From Candidatus Latescibacterota bacterium (GTDB lineage Bacteria > Latescibacterota > UBA2968 > UBA8231), in the NCBI GenBank assembly GCA_965243025.1, contig CBDETY010000003.1:1728001-1792000 (forward strand): a stretch of DNA of 64,000 nt. The letters are read 5' to 3'. The notes beneath the pieces were generated by a model. That model worked only from the letters and a program-made list of their open reading frames with translations, did no database searches and was not told where the DNA came from. A program made the position numbers and the translations under genes. How positions within the stretch are numbered: the stretch's first letter is position 1; every line of letters begins with the position of its first letter. Below, one piece after another: positions 49,309 through 58,222 of the stretch.

Positions 49309-51702
49309 ATGGTTACGACCACGCACGTATCCAGTGCCGCATCTCCGAACCCCGGCCATCGGCCCTCATCGCCGGCGGCAATGGAATCCGGGACGGATGG
49401 TTCTTCACGAATTCTGCGGATACCGAACCCTGCCATGTTTCCGAAAGTAGCTGAAGAAGTCTCGAACTCGGTCGAGAAGGAGGGCATCTCCTTCATCTTC
49501 GAAGCGCGCTCGCTTTCCGCTGTCGTTCGCTATATATACACCCCTCTCGAAGGCAATCTCTCCGACATCGAGGTTGAGATCAACAACTCCGAGGCGATCA
49601 AGTTCGCCGAGGGGGGCGGCATTGCGATCGAGATGGGCGGAAAGATCTGGTCAGCCGACGATGAAGAGGTCGAGCGGCACTTCGTTTCATGTGAGCCTGT
49701 GGGCGACTGCATCGAGGCGAGGTGGCATTGGAAGCACGGGGAAGAACTCGCCGATTTCCTGTACCGCATCCGAATCCATCAGAAGTCGCTCGTAGTCGAA
49801 CTCGAAGGCGGCAACGGCAAGGCAAGCGGTGTCGATCTCGGGTACGTTTCCGGGGCCGTTCACCCACGCGTAATCCAGGTTCCCTATTTCTCCTTCGGCG
49901 ACGGGTCGCCGCTCCTGCTCGCCACCTCAGGGGTGTTTGTCTCCAGTGTCCTGGACTGGAGCGAAACCGCTGCCGCGCAGATTTACGCCCCCCCTGCCCA
50001 CGATCCGTCGCATGAGATTCGGCTCGGCGGGGGATGCTTCTACCATCCGGCCTCCGACGGCCGCCGGCGAGCGCTGCGCGAACGCTGGATTCTGACCGTC
50101 TCACGCCAGTTCGAGGAGGTCCTTCCGACCATCCCGGTACGCCAGCGCCCATCAGGGAGCGCGGAACTCGACGACCTCGTCTGGTACCAGGTTCCGGCTC
50201 TTCCCCCCTCCGAAGAAGCCTACGTTGAGGTTTACGAGCAGCTGCGGTCGTTCAAGCAATGGGGCCTCGAACAGCTTCTCGTCAACCATCCCGCCGATGT
50301 ATGGGAAGACGGCCTCGGTATCTCGCTCGGGGGCTCCGAGGCCAAGGGGGGAGACGACGCCCTGCTCGAATACCTCGAAGCGGTCGAGGACCTCGGTTAC
50401 AGATACACCCTGGCTTCAGGGTACACGGAGTTCTCTTCGGAAACAGAAGGCTGGGACAAAAGCAGTGCCGGCCTCGGCTCGGACGGGAATCCGATCGCCA
50501 GCGGCGGCAACCGTTACCTGCTCAAGCCCTCCGCGGCGAACGACACCGCAAAATCGCATCTGCCGACGCTGTTTCAGCGTTTTGAAGGTGCAGGCGCCTT
50601 CGTCAGTGGTCACGCCGCCGCCCCGCCGTCGAGCCGAATCGATTATGACTCGAACACCCTGGACTCGGCGAGTTTTTCCAAGTCTCTCGACCAGGAGCGC
50701 CGGCTGCTTGAGGGGCTTCAGGAAATGGCCCGAGACTCATCGCGCCTGATCGTAGGCGAAGGCGGCAGCCATTGGATGTACGCGGGTCTGCTCTCCGGAT
50801 ACCTGGCCGGCCTTTCCGGACCGAATCCGTACCGAATCCCGCTCCTGCTCGATTTCGACCTCAAGCTGCTGCACGGAGCCCATGTCAACGCCGGGGTGGG
50901 AACGACCGGACTGTTCTTTGGCAAGAATCCTCCCCCCGTTTCCGAGCGCACAAGCCGCAGCGCCTGGCTCGATCGCTACATCGCCACCACTGTTGCGTAT
51001 GGACATGCCGGAGTCTTGCCCGAAATCGATGACTGGGGCCTGGCCGCGGTGATGAAAACCTACTACCTCCTGGTGAAACTTCAGAACCAGTATCTGAACA
51101 CGGAAGTCGAGTCAGTTCTCTACCATCGCGACGGCAGTATGCTCGAAGTTGCCGAGGCCCTGGTTTCCGGCGTCTATGAAGACAGCCAGGTCGAGGTGTT
51201 GTATCGAAACGGGCTGCGCGTATGCGTCAACGGCAGCTGGTCAAACGATTGGACGGTCGAGCACCAGGGCAGGGAGTACAGGCTTCCCCCGGCTTCCTTC
51301 CTCGCCCATGCCCCGGATGGTCTTCTCGTCTTTTCAGCCGACCAGGGCAACGGGCGTATCGATTTTGCGGATTGCGGTGATTTCTTCTATTGCGACACCC
51401 GCGGAGAGCGAGCTTCCCTGGGCCCGGTCTCCCTTTCGGGAGCAGCCGCCGTCAGAACGGAAGCCTGGCAGATTGACGTCTATCCCATCGAATGCGAAGG
51501 CGACATCGAAATCAGACCCGAAAACCTGTGGCCTGACCGCAGGATGCCGCGTCTTCGCATCCTCGCCTTCCAGGAGGACGAGGACCAGCCGCAGGTGATC
51601 GCAGCAAACGTCTCGGCGGCATCTGTTACCCTGGAGCCCCGCGAGGGGATATGCAAATTCCGAATCACCCTTCCGGAATGGATGGTCGAACCGGGGAAGT
51701 AG
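49309..51702 (+). CDS. large hypothetical protein, glycoside-hydrolase-like (DUF5696/GH101-like barrel, inferred)
   Basis: GGDDALLEYLEAVEDLGY, RIDYD, GEGGSHWMYAG, LDFDL, AYGH motifs recalled from GH-like barrel proteins; no signal peptide. Confidence 0.55.
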   Translation: MVTTTHVSSAASPNPGHRPSSPAAMESGTDGSSRILRIPNPAMFPKVAEEVSNSVEKEGISFIFEARSLSAVVRYIYTPLEGNLSDIEVEINNSEAIKFAEGGGIAIEMGGKIWSADDEEVERHFVSCEPVGDCIEARWHWKHGEELADFLYRIRIHQKSLVVELEGGNGKASGVDLGYVSGAVHPRVIQVPYFSFGDGSPLLLATSGVFVSSVLDWSETAAAQIYAPPAHDPSHEIRLGGGCFYHPASDGRRRALRERWILTVSRQFEEVLPTIPVRQRPSGSAELDDLVWYQVPALPPSEEAYVEVYEQLRSFKQWGLEQLLVNHPADVWEDGLGISLGGSEAKGGDDALLEYLEAVEDLGYRYTLASGYTEFSSETEGWDKSSAGLGSDGNPIASGGNRYLLKPSAANDTAKSHLPTLFQRFEGAGAFVSGHAAAPPSSRIDYDSNTLDSASFSKSLDQERRLLEGLQEMARDSSRLIVGEGGSHWMYAGLLSGYLAGLSGPNPYRIPLLLDFDLKLLHGAHVNAGVGTTGLFFGKNPPPVSERTSRSAWLDRYIATTVAYGHAGVLPEIDDWGLAAVMKTYYLLVKLQNQYLNTEVESVLYHRDGSMLEVAEALVSGVYEDSQVEVLYRNGLRVCVNGSWSNDWTVEHQGREYRLPPASFLAHAPDGLLVFSADQGNGRIDFADCGDFFYCDTRGERASLGPVSLSGAAAVRTEAWQIDVYPIECEGDIEIRPENLWPDRRMPRLRILAFQEDEDQPQVIAANVSAASVTLEPREGICKFRITLPEWMVEPGK

Positions 51703-51808
51703 GCGGAAATCCCCCGCTGAAAACCCGGGATTTCAGAAAGCCACCCTCCCGGCGTCTTCCACTGGCGGCGCCTTGGACAGGCTGCGGGGGCTGCGGATCA
51801 TTCGAGGT

Positions 51809-52867
51809 GTGTCCCGGCTGAACAATACACCGGCACCCGGTGACGGAAAGGGATCCGCATTCCTCAGAGTCTGCGCCGGCCAGGCGGTTCCGCGTCGGCC
51901 GGTGTGGCTGATGCGCCAGGCCGGAAGAATCCTTCAACCCTACCGCGATCTCAAGAAACAGACAGGATCGCTTTCAACCCTTTTCAATACCCCTGAGCTT
52001 GCCGCCCAGGTGACGTTGATGCCCGTCGAGATTTTGGGTGTCGATGCCGCCATCCTGTTTGCCGACATCTTCACCCCGGTCGAACCGATGGGCTGTGAGC
52101 TCGTATTCCAGCCTGGCCCGGTGTTGGCTTCTCCCGTACGCACCAGGAGCGACGTCGATCGCCTCCGCACCATCGACCCCGAGGAGGACCTGCCTCACGT
52201 GAGGCGGGAGATTGAGCTTGTCCGCGCGGGGCTTCCGCGCGGTGTGCCGCTCATCGGTTTCGCCGGCGCCCCGGTTACCCTGGCTACCTATCTCGCCGAA
52301 GGAACGGGCGCGCGCGAGTTCACCCGCTTCAGGAGGTTGCTCCACGCGGACCCGGATACCGCCGGTCTGCTTCTGGCCAAGCTTGCCGACGTGGCCATCA
52401 CCTACCTGGAAATGCAAGTCGACGCCGGAGTCGATGCCGTACAGCTCTTCGACACCTGGATTGGCCAGCTCTCAAAAGCGCAGTTCGAACGCATAGCACT
52501 GCCCGGCCTGGAACGGATCTTTGCGCGGCTCAGTCGCTTGCAGGTCCCGACCATCTATTTCGCAAATGATTCCGCTCACCTGCTGCCACTACTGCCGCGT
52601 ACCGGGGCAGATGTCTTCAGCATCGACTGGCGAACGGATATGCGACTGGCCCGCGACCTGTTCGGCCCCTCCAGGCCGCTGCAGGGCAATCTCGACCCTG
52701 CCGCCTTGTTCGCACCGAGGGAACAGGTTGTAACCGCGACCCGGGAACTGCTGGACATGACCCGTGGTACACCCCATATCTTCAACCTCGGCCACGGCGT
52801 CCATCCGGAGACACCGATCGATTCCGTGCGAGCCATGATCGATACGGTGCATGAATACGCCGGCTGA
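51809..52867 (+). CDS. hemE: uroporphyrinogen decarboxylase
   Basis: PVWLMRQAGR, DAAILFADI, LIGFAGAP, QGNLDP, FNLGHG. Confidence 0.95.
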   Translation: MSRLNNTPAPGDGKGSAFLRVCAGQAVPRRPVWLMRQAGRILQPYRDLKKQTGSLSTLFNTPELAAQVTLMPVEILGVDAAILFADIFTPVEPMGCELVFQPGPVLASPVRTRSDVDRLRTIDPEEDLPHVRREIELVRAGLPRGVPLIGFAGAPVTLATYLAEGTGAREFTRFRRLLHADPDTAGLLLAKLADVAITYLEMQVDAGVDAVQLFDTWIGQLSKAQFERIALPGLERIFARLSRLQVPTIYFANDSAHLLPLLPRTGADVFSIDWRTDMRLARDLFGPSRPLQGNLDPAALFAPREQVVTATRELLDMTRGTPHIFNLGHGVHPETPIDSVRAMIDTVHEYAG

Positions 52868-52897
52868 ACGGGGGATCCCTCTTCAGGAGAACAACCG

Positions 52898-53131
52898 ATG
52901 AACAGCGAAGAACAGGGGGTAACCAGGACGCACGTTTTTTTCTGTGTCGACAAGGAAAGGCACGCTCAGTACGGCGGCGAGAAAGTGATCGGCGCCCAGC
53001 CGAAGACGATCACCGTGCTCGGGAAGCGGGTAGATGGCTGGGTTATTACCACCGAGCTTCCGGTGATCGACAAGACCATAACCTTGAGAGAGTCGCTCGA
53101 CGGGGCCCGGGACGTGCAGGATCCCGAGTAA
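52898..53131 (+). CDS. small hypothetical protein (77 aa)
   Basis: AGGAGA RBS; beta-rich, protein-like composition; fills the intergenic gap. Confidence 0.65.
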   Translation: MNSEEQGVTRTHVFFCVDKERHAQYGGEKVIGAQPKTITVLGKRVDGWVITTELPVIDKTITLRESLDGARDVQDPE

Positions 53132-53173
53132 GCCGGCCTTCTCTACACAGCGGCGGCACGCGGTCGAACCAGT

Positions 53174-53665
53174 TCAATCCCGCCATTTGAGGCGGTCTTT
53201 ACGCCAGACTGCAACCTCCTCAGGCAGGGCGTCGAAGTCTTCACCCGGTTTCAGAAAGATCCCGCTGAAATCCCCCCGCGAGTCGAAACCGGGCCACAGT
53301 TCCGGAAACTCCTCGCGAAGCAATGTCATCGCCTGGTTCAGTATTCCCTCGGCGTGGTAGGAAAGGACACGCTCCGACTCTCCCCGGCCTGAATCCTCGA
53401 GGTGCTGGGCGAGCGGAGCGCTGAGGAAAAAATCAAAAGCGATGACGTTGGACTGGTTGAGGTAGAGGGAAACCCTGTAGGCCGGGTAACTGAGGCGAAG
53501 TCCGAGGAGTTCCAGCTTGAGGTTCAGCCAGTCGCGCTCCGTGACGGAACGGATAATCGTCAGGTCCTCCGAGCGGAGTTCTGTCGATCCCCGTGTCGGC
53601 ATGAGAAATACAGTCCCGGCGACGGCGAGGAAAATGACTGCGGTAAGGCGGCGAATTCTTGGCAT
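53174..53665 (-). CDS. hypothetical exported or membrane-anchored protein
   Basis: N-terminal signal-like segment; GGAG RBS. Confidence 0.7.
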   Translation of the reverse strand: MPRIRRLTAVIFLAVAGTVFLMPTRGSTELRSEDLTIIRSVTERDWLNLKLELLGLRLSYPAYRVSLYLNQSNVIAFDFFLSAPLAQHLEDSGRGESERVLSYHAEGILNQAMTLLREEFPELWPGFDSRGDFSGIFLKPGEDFDALPEEVAVWRKDRLKWRD

Positions 53666-53768
53666 TTTCGAACTCCGACCTTGACGTATGGGAAAAAAAA
53701 CGAGGCTCAGCGAAAACAGCCGAACCTCGCGAGTTCAGTCCCGGTTGCCTCGGACTCCTTCGGGTCCG

Positions 53769-54326
53769 CTATTCCGGGGACGAGAGCATTTCCTCCATGA
53801 AACGGACAATATCCCTGAATGAAATGTAACCGACCGGAATCCCGTCCTCGTCGACCAGTGGGACATGGCGGAAACCGTGAATCCCCATCAGATGCAGGGC
53901 ATGGCTGATGGGATCGGATGGTTTGAGCGCTGACGGTCCAGGCGTCATCAGGCTCTCGACCGGGATGGCGGGGAGGTTTTCAATCAACCCCACCACCTTG
54001 TAGAGGACGTCCCGTTCGGTAAAAATACCGGCAAGCTCACCGCTGTTCCCGGTCACCAGCACACATCCCATGTTGCGGCCCTTGAGACGCGATATCGCTT
54101 CCTCTACGGATGTCTGCAGTTTTACGCATTCTGCCGGTCGCGGGTTCAACTCGAGCAGGGGACGCGTAAAGATGCTGGTCTCCGCCGCGGTCTCGACATC
54201 CTCCATGTACTGCTCGGAGAGGCTCTGGTTGCACTCCTCGCAGACATCGGTTCCGGCGATGTTGTCGTACCCGCACGCAGGACAGATGGCACCCTGGCTT
54301 TCGACATTTCCGGAAAATCCCGTCAC
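53769..54326 (-). CDS. zinc-ribbon plus CBS-pair protein
   Basis: CPACG...CEEC; GIFTERD, FRHVPLVD. Confidence 0.88.
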   Translation of the reverse strand: MTGFSGNVESQGAICPACGYDNIAGTDVCEECNQSLSEQYMEDVETAAETSIFTRPLLELNPRPAECVKLQTSVEEAISRLKGRNMGCVLVTGNSGELAGIFTERDVLYKVVGLIENLPAIPVESLMTPGPSALKPSDPISHALHLMGIHGFRHVPLVDEDGIPVGYISFRDIVRFMEEMLSSPE

Positions 54327-54611
54327 TGCGCTGTCCCATCCAGGTGTTCTTCCCCGGCAGATGGCGAGCTCCCGGGTGTGAAGGCTCCCCGCTCACAGGG
54401 CGCCCGGGCGAGTGCCGGGGGCTGACCGCAAGCAGGGCCAACGCGGCCAGCCGCGGTGAATCGGCGCCAGGATTTCAAGGTCTGGATGGGGCAGAGCGAC
54501 AGAAACCGGGTGCCGGATTCCCGCCGCCGAAGCTCCGGCCTAGGCAAGATCACTGAGCCACTCGAACCGGTTTTCCCGGAGAACCCCGGGAAAATCGGGG
54601 GCTGTCGGCCA

Positions 54612-55634
54612 TCAGATTTCCTCCCAGGTATCGGCGCTGTGCAGAAGACTGTTCAAGTCGCCCTCTCCGTTTTGCTCTATGGCCGTCTCTACCTGCGCTG
54701 TCAGGAGATCCGTGTATGCCGGTTTTTCCACGGAGCGAAGGATGCCGAAAGGCAACGGGAATTCCGGGTTCTCCATACGCGACAGCATGTACGCATAGCT
54801 GGTATTTTCCACCGCTTCCTCGTGCACGATCAAGTCACTCTCGCTCACTCCGTTGCCCAAAGCCACCACCTCGGGATGCTGGCCGCTCATGCGCACACCC
54901 ATGTCCCGGTCCTGGCCGAAGACCAGGGGCTGGCCTTCCTCGACGAAAACGATATTGTCTTCTCGCACATGGGTGTCCGTGGTGTGCTGCCATGCGGTCG
55001 GATGGTAGACTACACAATTCTGAAAAACCTCGACGAACGCGGTTCCGCTGTGCTCGGCCGCACGACGCAACACCTCGCTGAGGTGCTTGGTGTTGGTATC
55101 CTGGGTGCGGGCGACAAAGGTGGCCTCGGCTCCAATCGCCACCGAGATCGGCTGCAGGGGATAGTCGATCGAACCCATCGGGGTCGATTTCGTGCGGTGA
55201 CCGGTCAAGGATGTCGGGGAGTACTGCCCCTTCGTCAGGCCGTATACCCGATTGTTGAAGAGGATGATTTTCAGGTCGACGTTGCGCCGCAGGCAGTGCA
55301 ACAGGTGATTGCCCCCGATCGACAGCCCGTCTCCATCCCCGGTGATGACCCAGACACTCAGGTCCGGGTTGACCGCTTTCAGCCCGGTTGCAATTGTCGG
55401 CGCCCTGCCGTGGATGGAGTGTATTCCGTACGTGTCCATGTAGTAGGGAAACCGGCTCGAGCAGCCGATGCCGGAGACGAAAACGATCTTCTCCCTGGAA
55501 ACACCCACCTCGGGCAGTATTTTCTGCATCTGTGCCAGAATGGCGTAGTCACCGCATCCGGGACACCATCGCACCTCCTGGTCTGACACGAAGTCCTTTC
55601 GCGTCAACTTGGTTTCAGCAACTACCTCACTCAT
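54612..55634 (-). CDS. korB: 2-oxoacid:ferredoxin oxidoreductase beta subunit
   Basis: WCPGCGD, SGIGCSSR, HGRAP, GDGDG...NN, TKGQYSPT. Confidence 0.95.
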   Translation of the reverse strand: MSEVVAETKLTRKDFVSDQEVRWCPGCGDYAILAQMQKILPEVGVSREKIVFVSGIGCSSRFPYYMDTYGIHSIHGRAPTIATGLKAVNPDLSVWVITGDGDGLSIGGNHLLHCLRRNVDLKIILFNNRVYGLTKGQYSPTSLTGHRTKSTPMGSIDYPLQPISVAIGAEATFVARTQDTNTKHLSEVLRRAAEHSGTAFVEVFQNCVVYHPTAWQHTTDTHVREDNIVFVEEGQPLVFGQDRDMGVRMSGQHPEVVALGNGVSESDLIVHEEAVENTSYAYMLSRMENPEFPLPFGILRSVEKPAYTDLLTAQVETAIEQNGEGDLNSLLHSADTWEEI

Positions 55635-55657
55635 GTCGTATTCCTGACGGCGGTTTC

Positions 55658-57532
55658 TCACTCCAGTACGTCATCGATTTTGGCGGCAATCTCCCGGATC
55701 TGGAACGGCTGCCCCTGCACCTTGCTCAACGAGATAACCCTTACCGGGTAACGCCCCTGAATCAGCAGGGCCAGCTGCCCCAGATTCAATTCCGGTACCA
55801 AAACCTGGCGGTAACGGCCGAGGACGTTTCCGAGATTGCGCGGGAACGGGTTCAGATAACGCAGGTGGGCACTGGCTACCGACTTGCCCTCAGCGGCCGC
55901 TTGACGAACCGCCGTTTTGATCGCTCCGAACGTACCTCCCCAGCCCAACACCAACAAATCGGCCTGATCGGGGCCTTCGACTTCCAGTTCGGGGATGAAA
56001 TCGGCGATGCCGGCTATCTTTTGCGCCCTCCTGGCGATGATTTCCTCGTGGTCGAGTGGAGCATACGACACATCCCCGGTACCGTCCCGCTTGCCGAGAC
56101 CGCCAATGCGGTGCTCCAGCCCCGGGGTTCCCGGCAGGACCCACGGTCTCGCCAGAGTCTCGGAGTTTCTCATATAGGGTTGGTAACCTGAAGGGTCGGT
56201 GCGGTGCTCGACGACCATCGGTTCGATCTCGTCGACATCGGGAATCTTCCAGGGTTCCGAGTTGTTGGCGAGGTAGCCATCCGACAAGAGGTAAACCGGG
56301 GTCATGTAGCGTACGGCGATGCGAAAAGCCTGAAGGGCGAGGTCGAAACACTCCCCCGAGGTAGCCGCCGCGAGCACGGGGACCGGACTTTCTCCGTTGC
56401 GGCCGTACAAAACGGACAGCAGATCAGCCTGTTCGGTTTTTGTCGGCAGACCTGTGCTCGGACCTCCGCGTTGGACATCGATCACCAGCAGAGGAAGTTC
56501 CAGAGCGACAGCCAGATTGACTCCCTCGCTCTTTAGCGAGATTCCGGGACCACTGCTCGCGGTGGCGGCCAACGCCCCGCCGAAAGCGGCGCCGATCACC
56601 GATCCGATGGCGGCGATTTCGTCTTCAGCCTGAAATGTGCGGACGTTGAAGTGCTTGAGGGTGGACAGCTCCTCGAGTATGGGACTGGCCGGTGTGATCG
56701 GATAACTCCCGTAGAAGAGCGGCTTGCTTGCCTTTCTGGCGGCGGTCACCAACCCGAGAACAAGGGCTTCGTTGCCGGTTATGCGGCGGTACGTGCCGGG
56801 CTCCACGTGCGTGCGTCCGGGGACGCGCAGGCGCGACTGAAACGTCTCGGTTGTCTCGCCGAAATGGTAGCCCGCCTTGAGAGCGCGGGTGTTTGCCTCC
56901 ACGACCTGGGGATTCTTGCCAAACTTTCTCCGGTAAAAATTCAGAGTCGTTTCGAGCGGCCGGTCGAACATCCAGAAAGCCAGCCCAAGCGCAAAGGCAT
57001 TTTTGCACAAGTCCTTTTGCTGGTTCGACATGCCATCGATGCCCTCGAGCGCCCTGCGCGTCATGGAGGTCAGGGCGACCTCATGCAATTCGTAGCCGTT
57101 GAGGGAATCCCCATTGAGCGGTGACTCGGCGTATCCGGCTTTTCGCAAGTTGGTTTTTGTGAAAGCATCGCTGTTGGCGATGATGACCCCTCCCGGCTCC
57201 AGGTCTTCCAGGTTTGCCCTGAGTGCCGCCGGGTTCATTGCCACCAGAACCTGGGGTTGATCCCCTGCCGTGAAGAGATCGGAAGAGCCGAAGTGGACCT
57301 GGAAGCCGCTCAGGCCGGGAATCGTCCCTGCAGGTGCCCGGATTTCCGCCGGGATATCGGGAAAGGTACTGACGTCGTTGCCGAAAACCGCGGAGGTGTT
57401 GGTGAACTGCTCCCCCGTCAACTGCATTCCGTCTCCGGAATCCCCGGAGAAACGGATGACGACGGATTCGCGGGTTTCGGCCCCTTCATCTTTCCCCGAG
57501 GGATGCAGCTTGGAAGGCGCCGACTCTGCCAT
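55658..57532 (-). CDS. korA: 2-oxoacid:acceptor oxidoreductase alpha subunit (gamma-alpha fusion)
   Basis: GDSGDGMQ, YPITPAS, QAEDEIAA, QRGGPSTG. Confidence 0.95.
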   Translation of the reverse strand: MAESAPSKLHPSGKDEGAETRESVVIRFSGDSGDGMQLTGEQFTNTSAVFGNDVSTFPDIPAEIRAPAGTIPGLSGFQVHFGSSDLFTAGDQPQVLVAMNPAALRANLEDLEPGGVIIANSDAFTKTNLRKAGYAESPLNGDSLNGYELHEVALTSMTRRALEGIDGMSNQQKDLCKNAFALGLAFWMFDRPLETTLNFYRRKFGKNPQVVEANTRALKAGYHFGETTETFQSRLRVPGRTHVEPGTYRRITGNEALVLGLVTAARKASKPLFYGSYPITPASPILEELSTLKHFNVRTFQAEDEIAAIGSVIGAAFGGALAATASSGPGISLKSEGVNLAVALELPLLVIDVQRGGPSTGLPTKTEQADLLSVLYGRNGESPVPVLAAATSGECFDLALQAFRIAVRYMTPVYLLSDGYLANNSEPWKIPDVDEIEPMVVEHRTDPSGYQPYMRNSETLARPWVLPGTPGLEHRIGGLGKRDGTGDVSYAPLDHEEIIARRAQKIAGIADFIPELEVEGPDQADLLVLGWGGTFGAIKTAVRQAAAEGKSVASAHLRYLNPFPRNLGNVLGRYRQVLVPELNLGQLALLIQGRYPVRVISLSKVQGQPFQIREIAAKIDDVLE

Positions 57533-57624
57533 GGAGGAGCTACTCCTGCCGATCGGAGGAGAATGAAAGGAGAGGGTACCGCTGATCCACATCCAGTCCC
57601 CGGGAGCCCGCGCAGGCCATCACC

Positions 57625-58092
57625 TCACGCACCTTCCCGTGTTGTCGGAATCATCTCGGGATCCGGGGGCAAGTTGTAGATCTCTCGGGGAAAATGGTCG
57701 GTCAGAAACGTTATCATTGCCTGTTGCGACAGATTGCCGATCACGGCACCGGATTGGTCGCGGACCGGGACGTTTCGGTAATCGCCGGCGTTCATCAGCT
57801 GCAGGGCGCGACCGACCGATGTGTCGGACGTAACTGTCTGCGGATCAGCCGTCATCAGGTCATCGACCACCTGGTCGAGGGCGGACGGGTTGTCCGCCAC
57901 CTTGAGCAGAACGTCCCGTTCGGTGAAAATTCCGATCAGGCCGTTCCCGTTCTGAACCAGGATGGCACTGACTCTGCTTCGGCGCATCCGCACCAAGGCT
58001 TCACGCACTTTGGTGCCGGTCTTGACGGTTGCGAAAGAGGTGAGATCGAGGTGGGTTACTCGCTGTTGTTGCAGATCGATTTCGACGGTCAT
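57625..58092 (-). CDS. CBS-pair protein
   Basis: GIFTERDV, YRNVPV, NLPPDP...REGA. Confidence 0.88.
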   Translation of the reverse strand: MTVEIDLQQQRVTHLDLTSFATVKTGTKVREALVRMRRSRVSAILVQNGNGLIGIFTERDVLLKVADNPSALDQVVDDLMTADPQTVTSDTSVGRALQLMNAGDYRNVPVRDQSGAVIGNLSQQAMITFLTDHFPREIYNLPPDPEMIPTTREGA

Positions 58093-58142
58093 GGGGAGGT
58101 TTGCAAAATCGTGTAATTCGCCGAAAACACAGTGGTTACACC

Positions 58143-58170
58143 AATATACAGCCGTGCATTACAGCGTCAA
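58143..58170 (-). promoter_or_regulatory. putative promoter of the CBS-korA-korB unit
   Basis: TTGACG-16 bp-TATATT on the minus strand. Confidence 0.5.
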
Positions 58171-58222
58171 GCAATCCGCCCTTCCGACCTGTGCCGAAAG
58201 GGCTTTTTTCCGCACCTCCCCT

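Noticed and set aside
51705-51733. GAAATCCC...GGGATTTC hairpin after the 797-aa gene
   Set aside because: Long loop and no U tract; too weak to call a terminator
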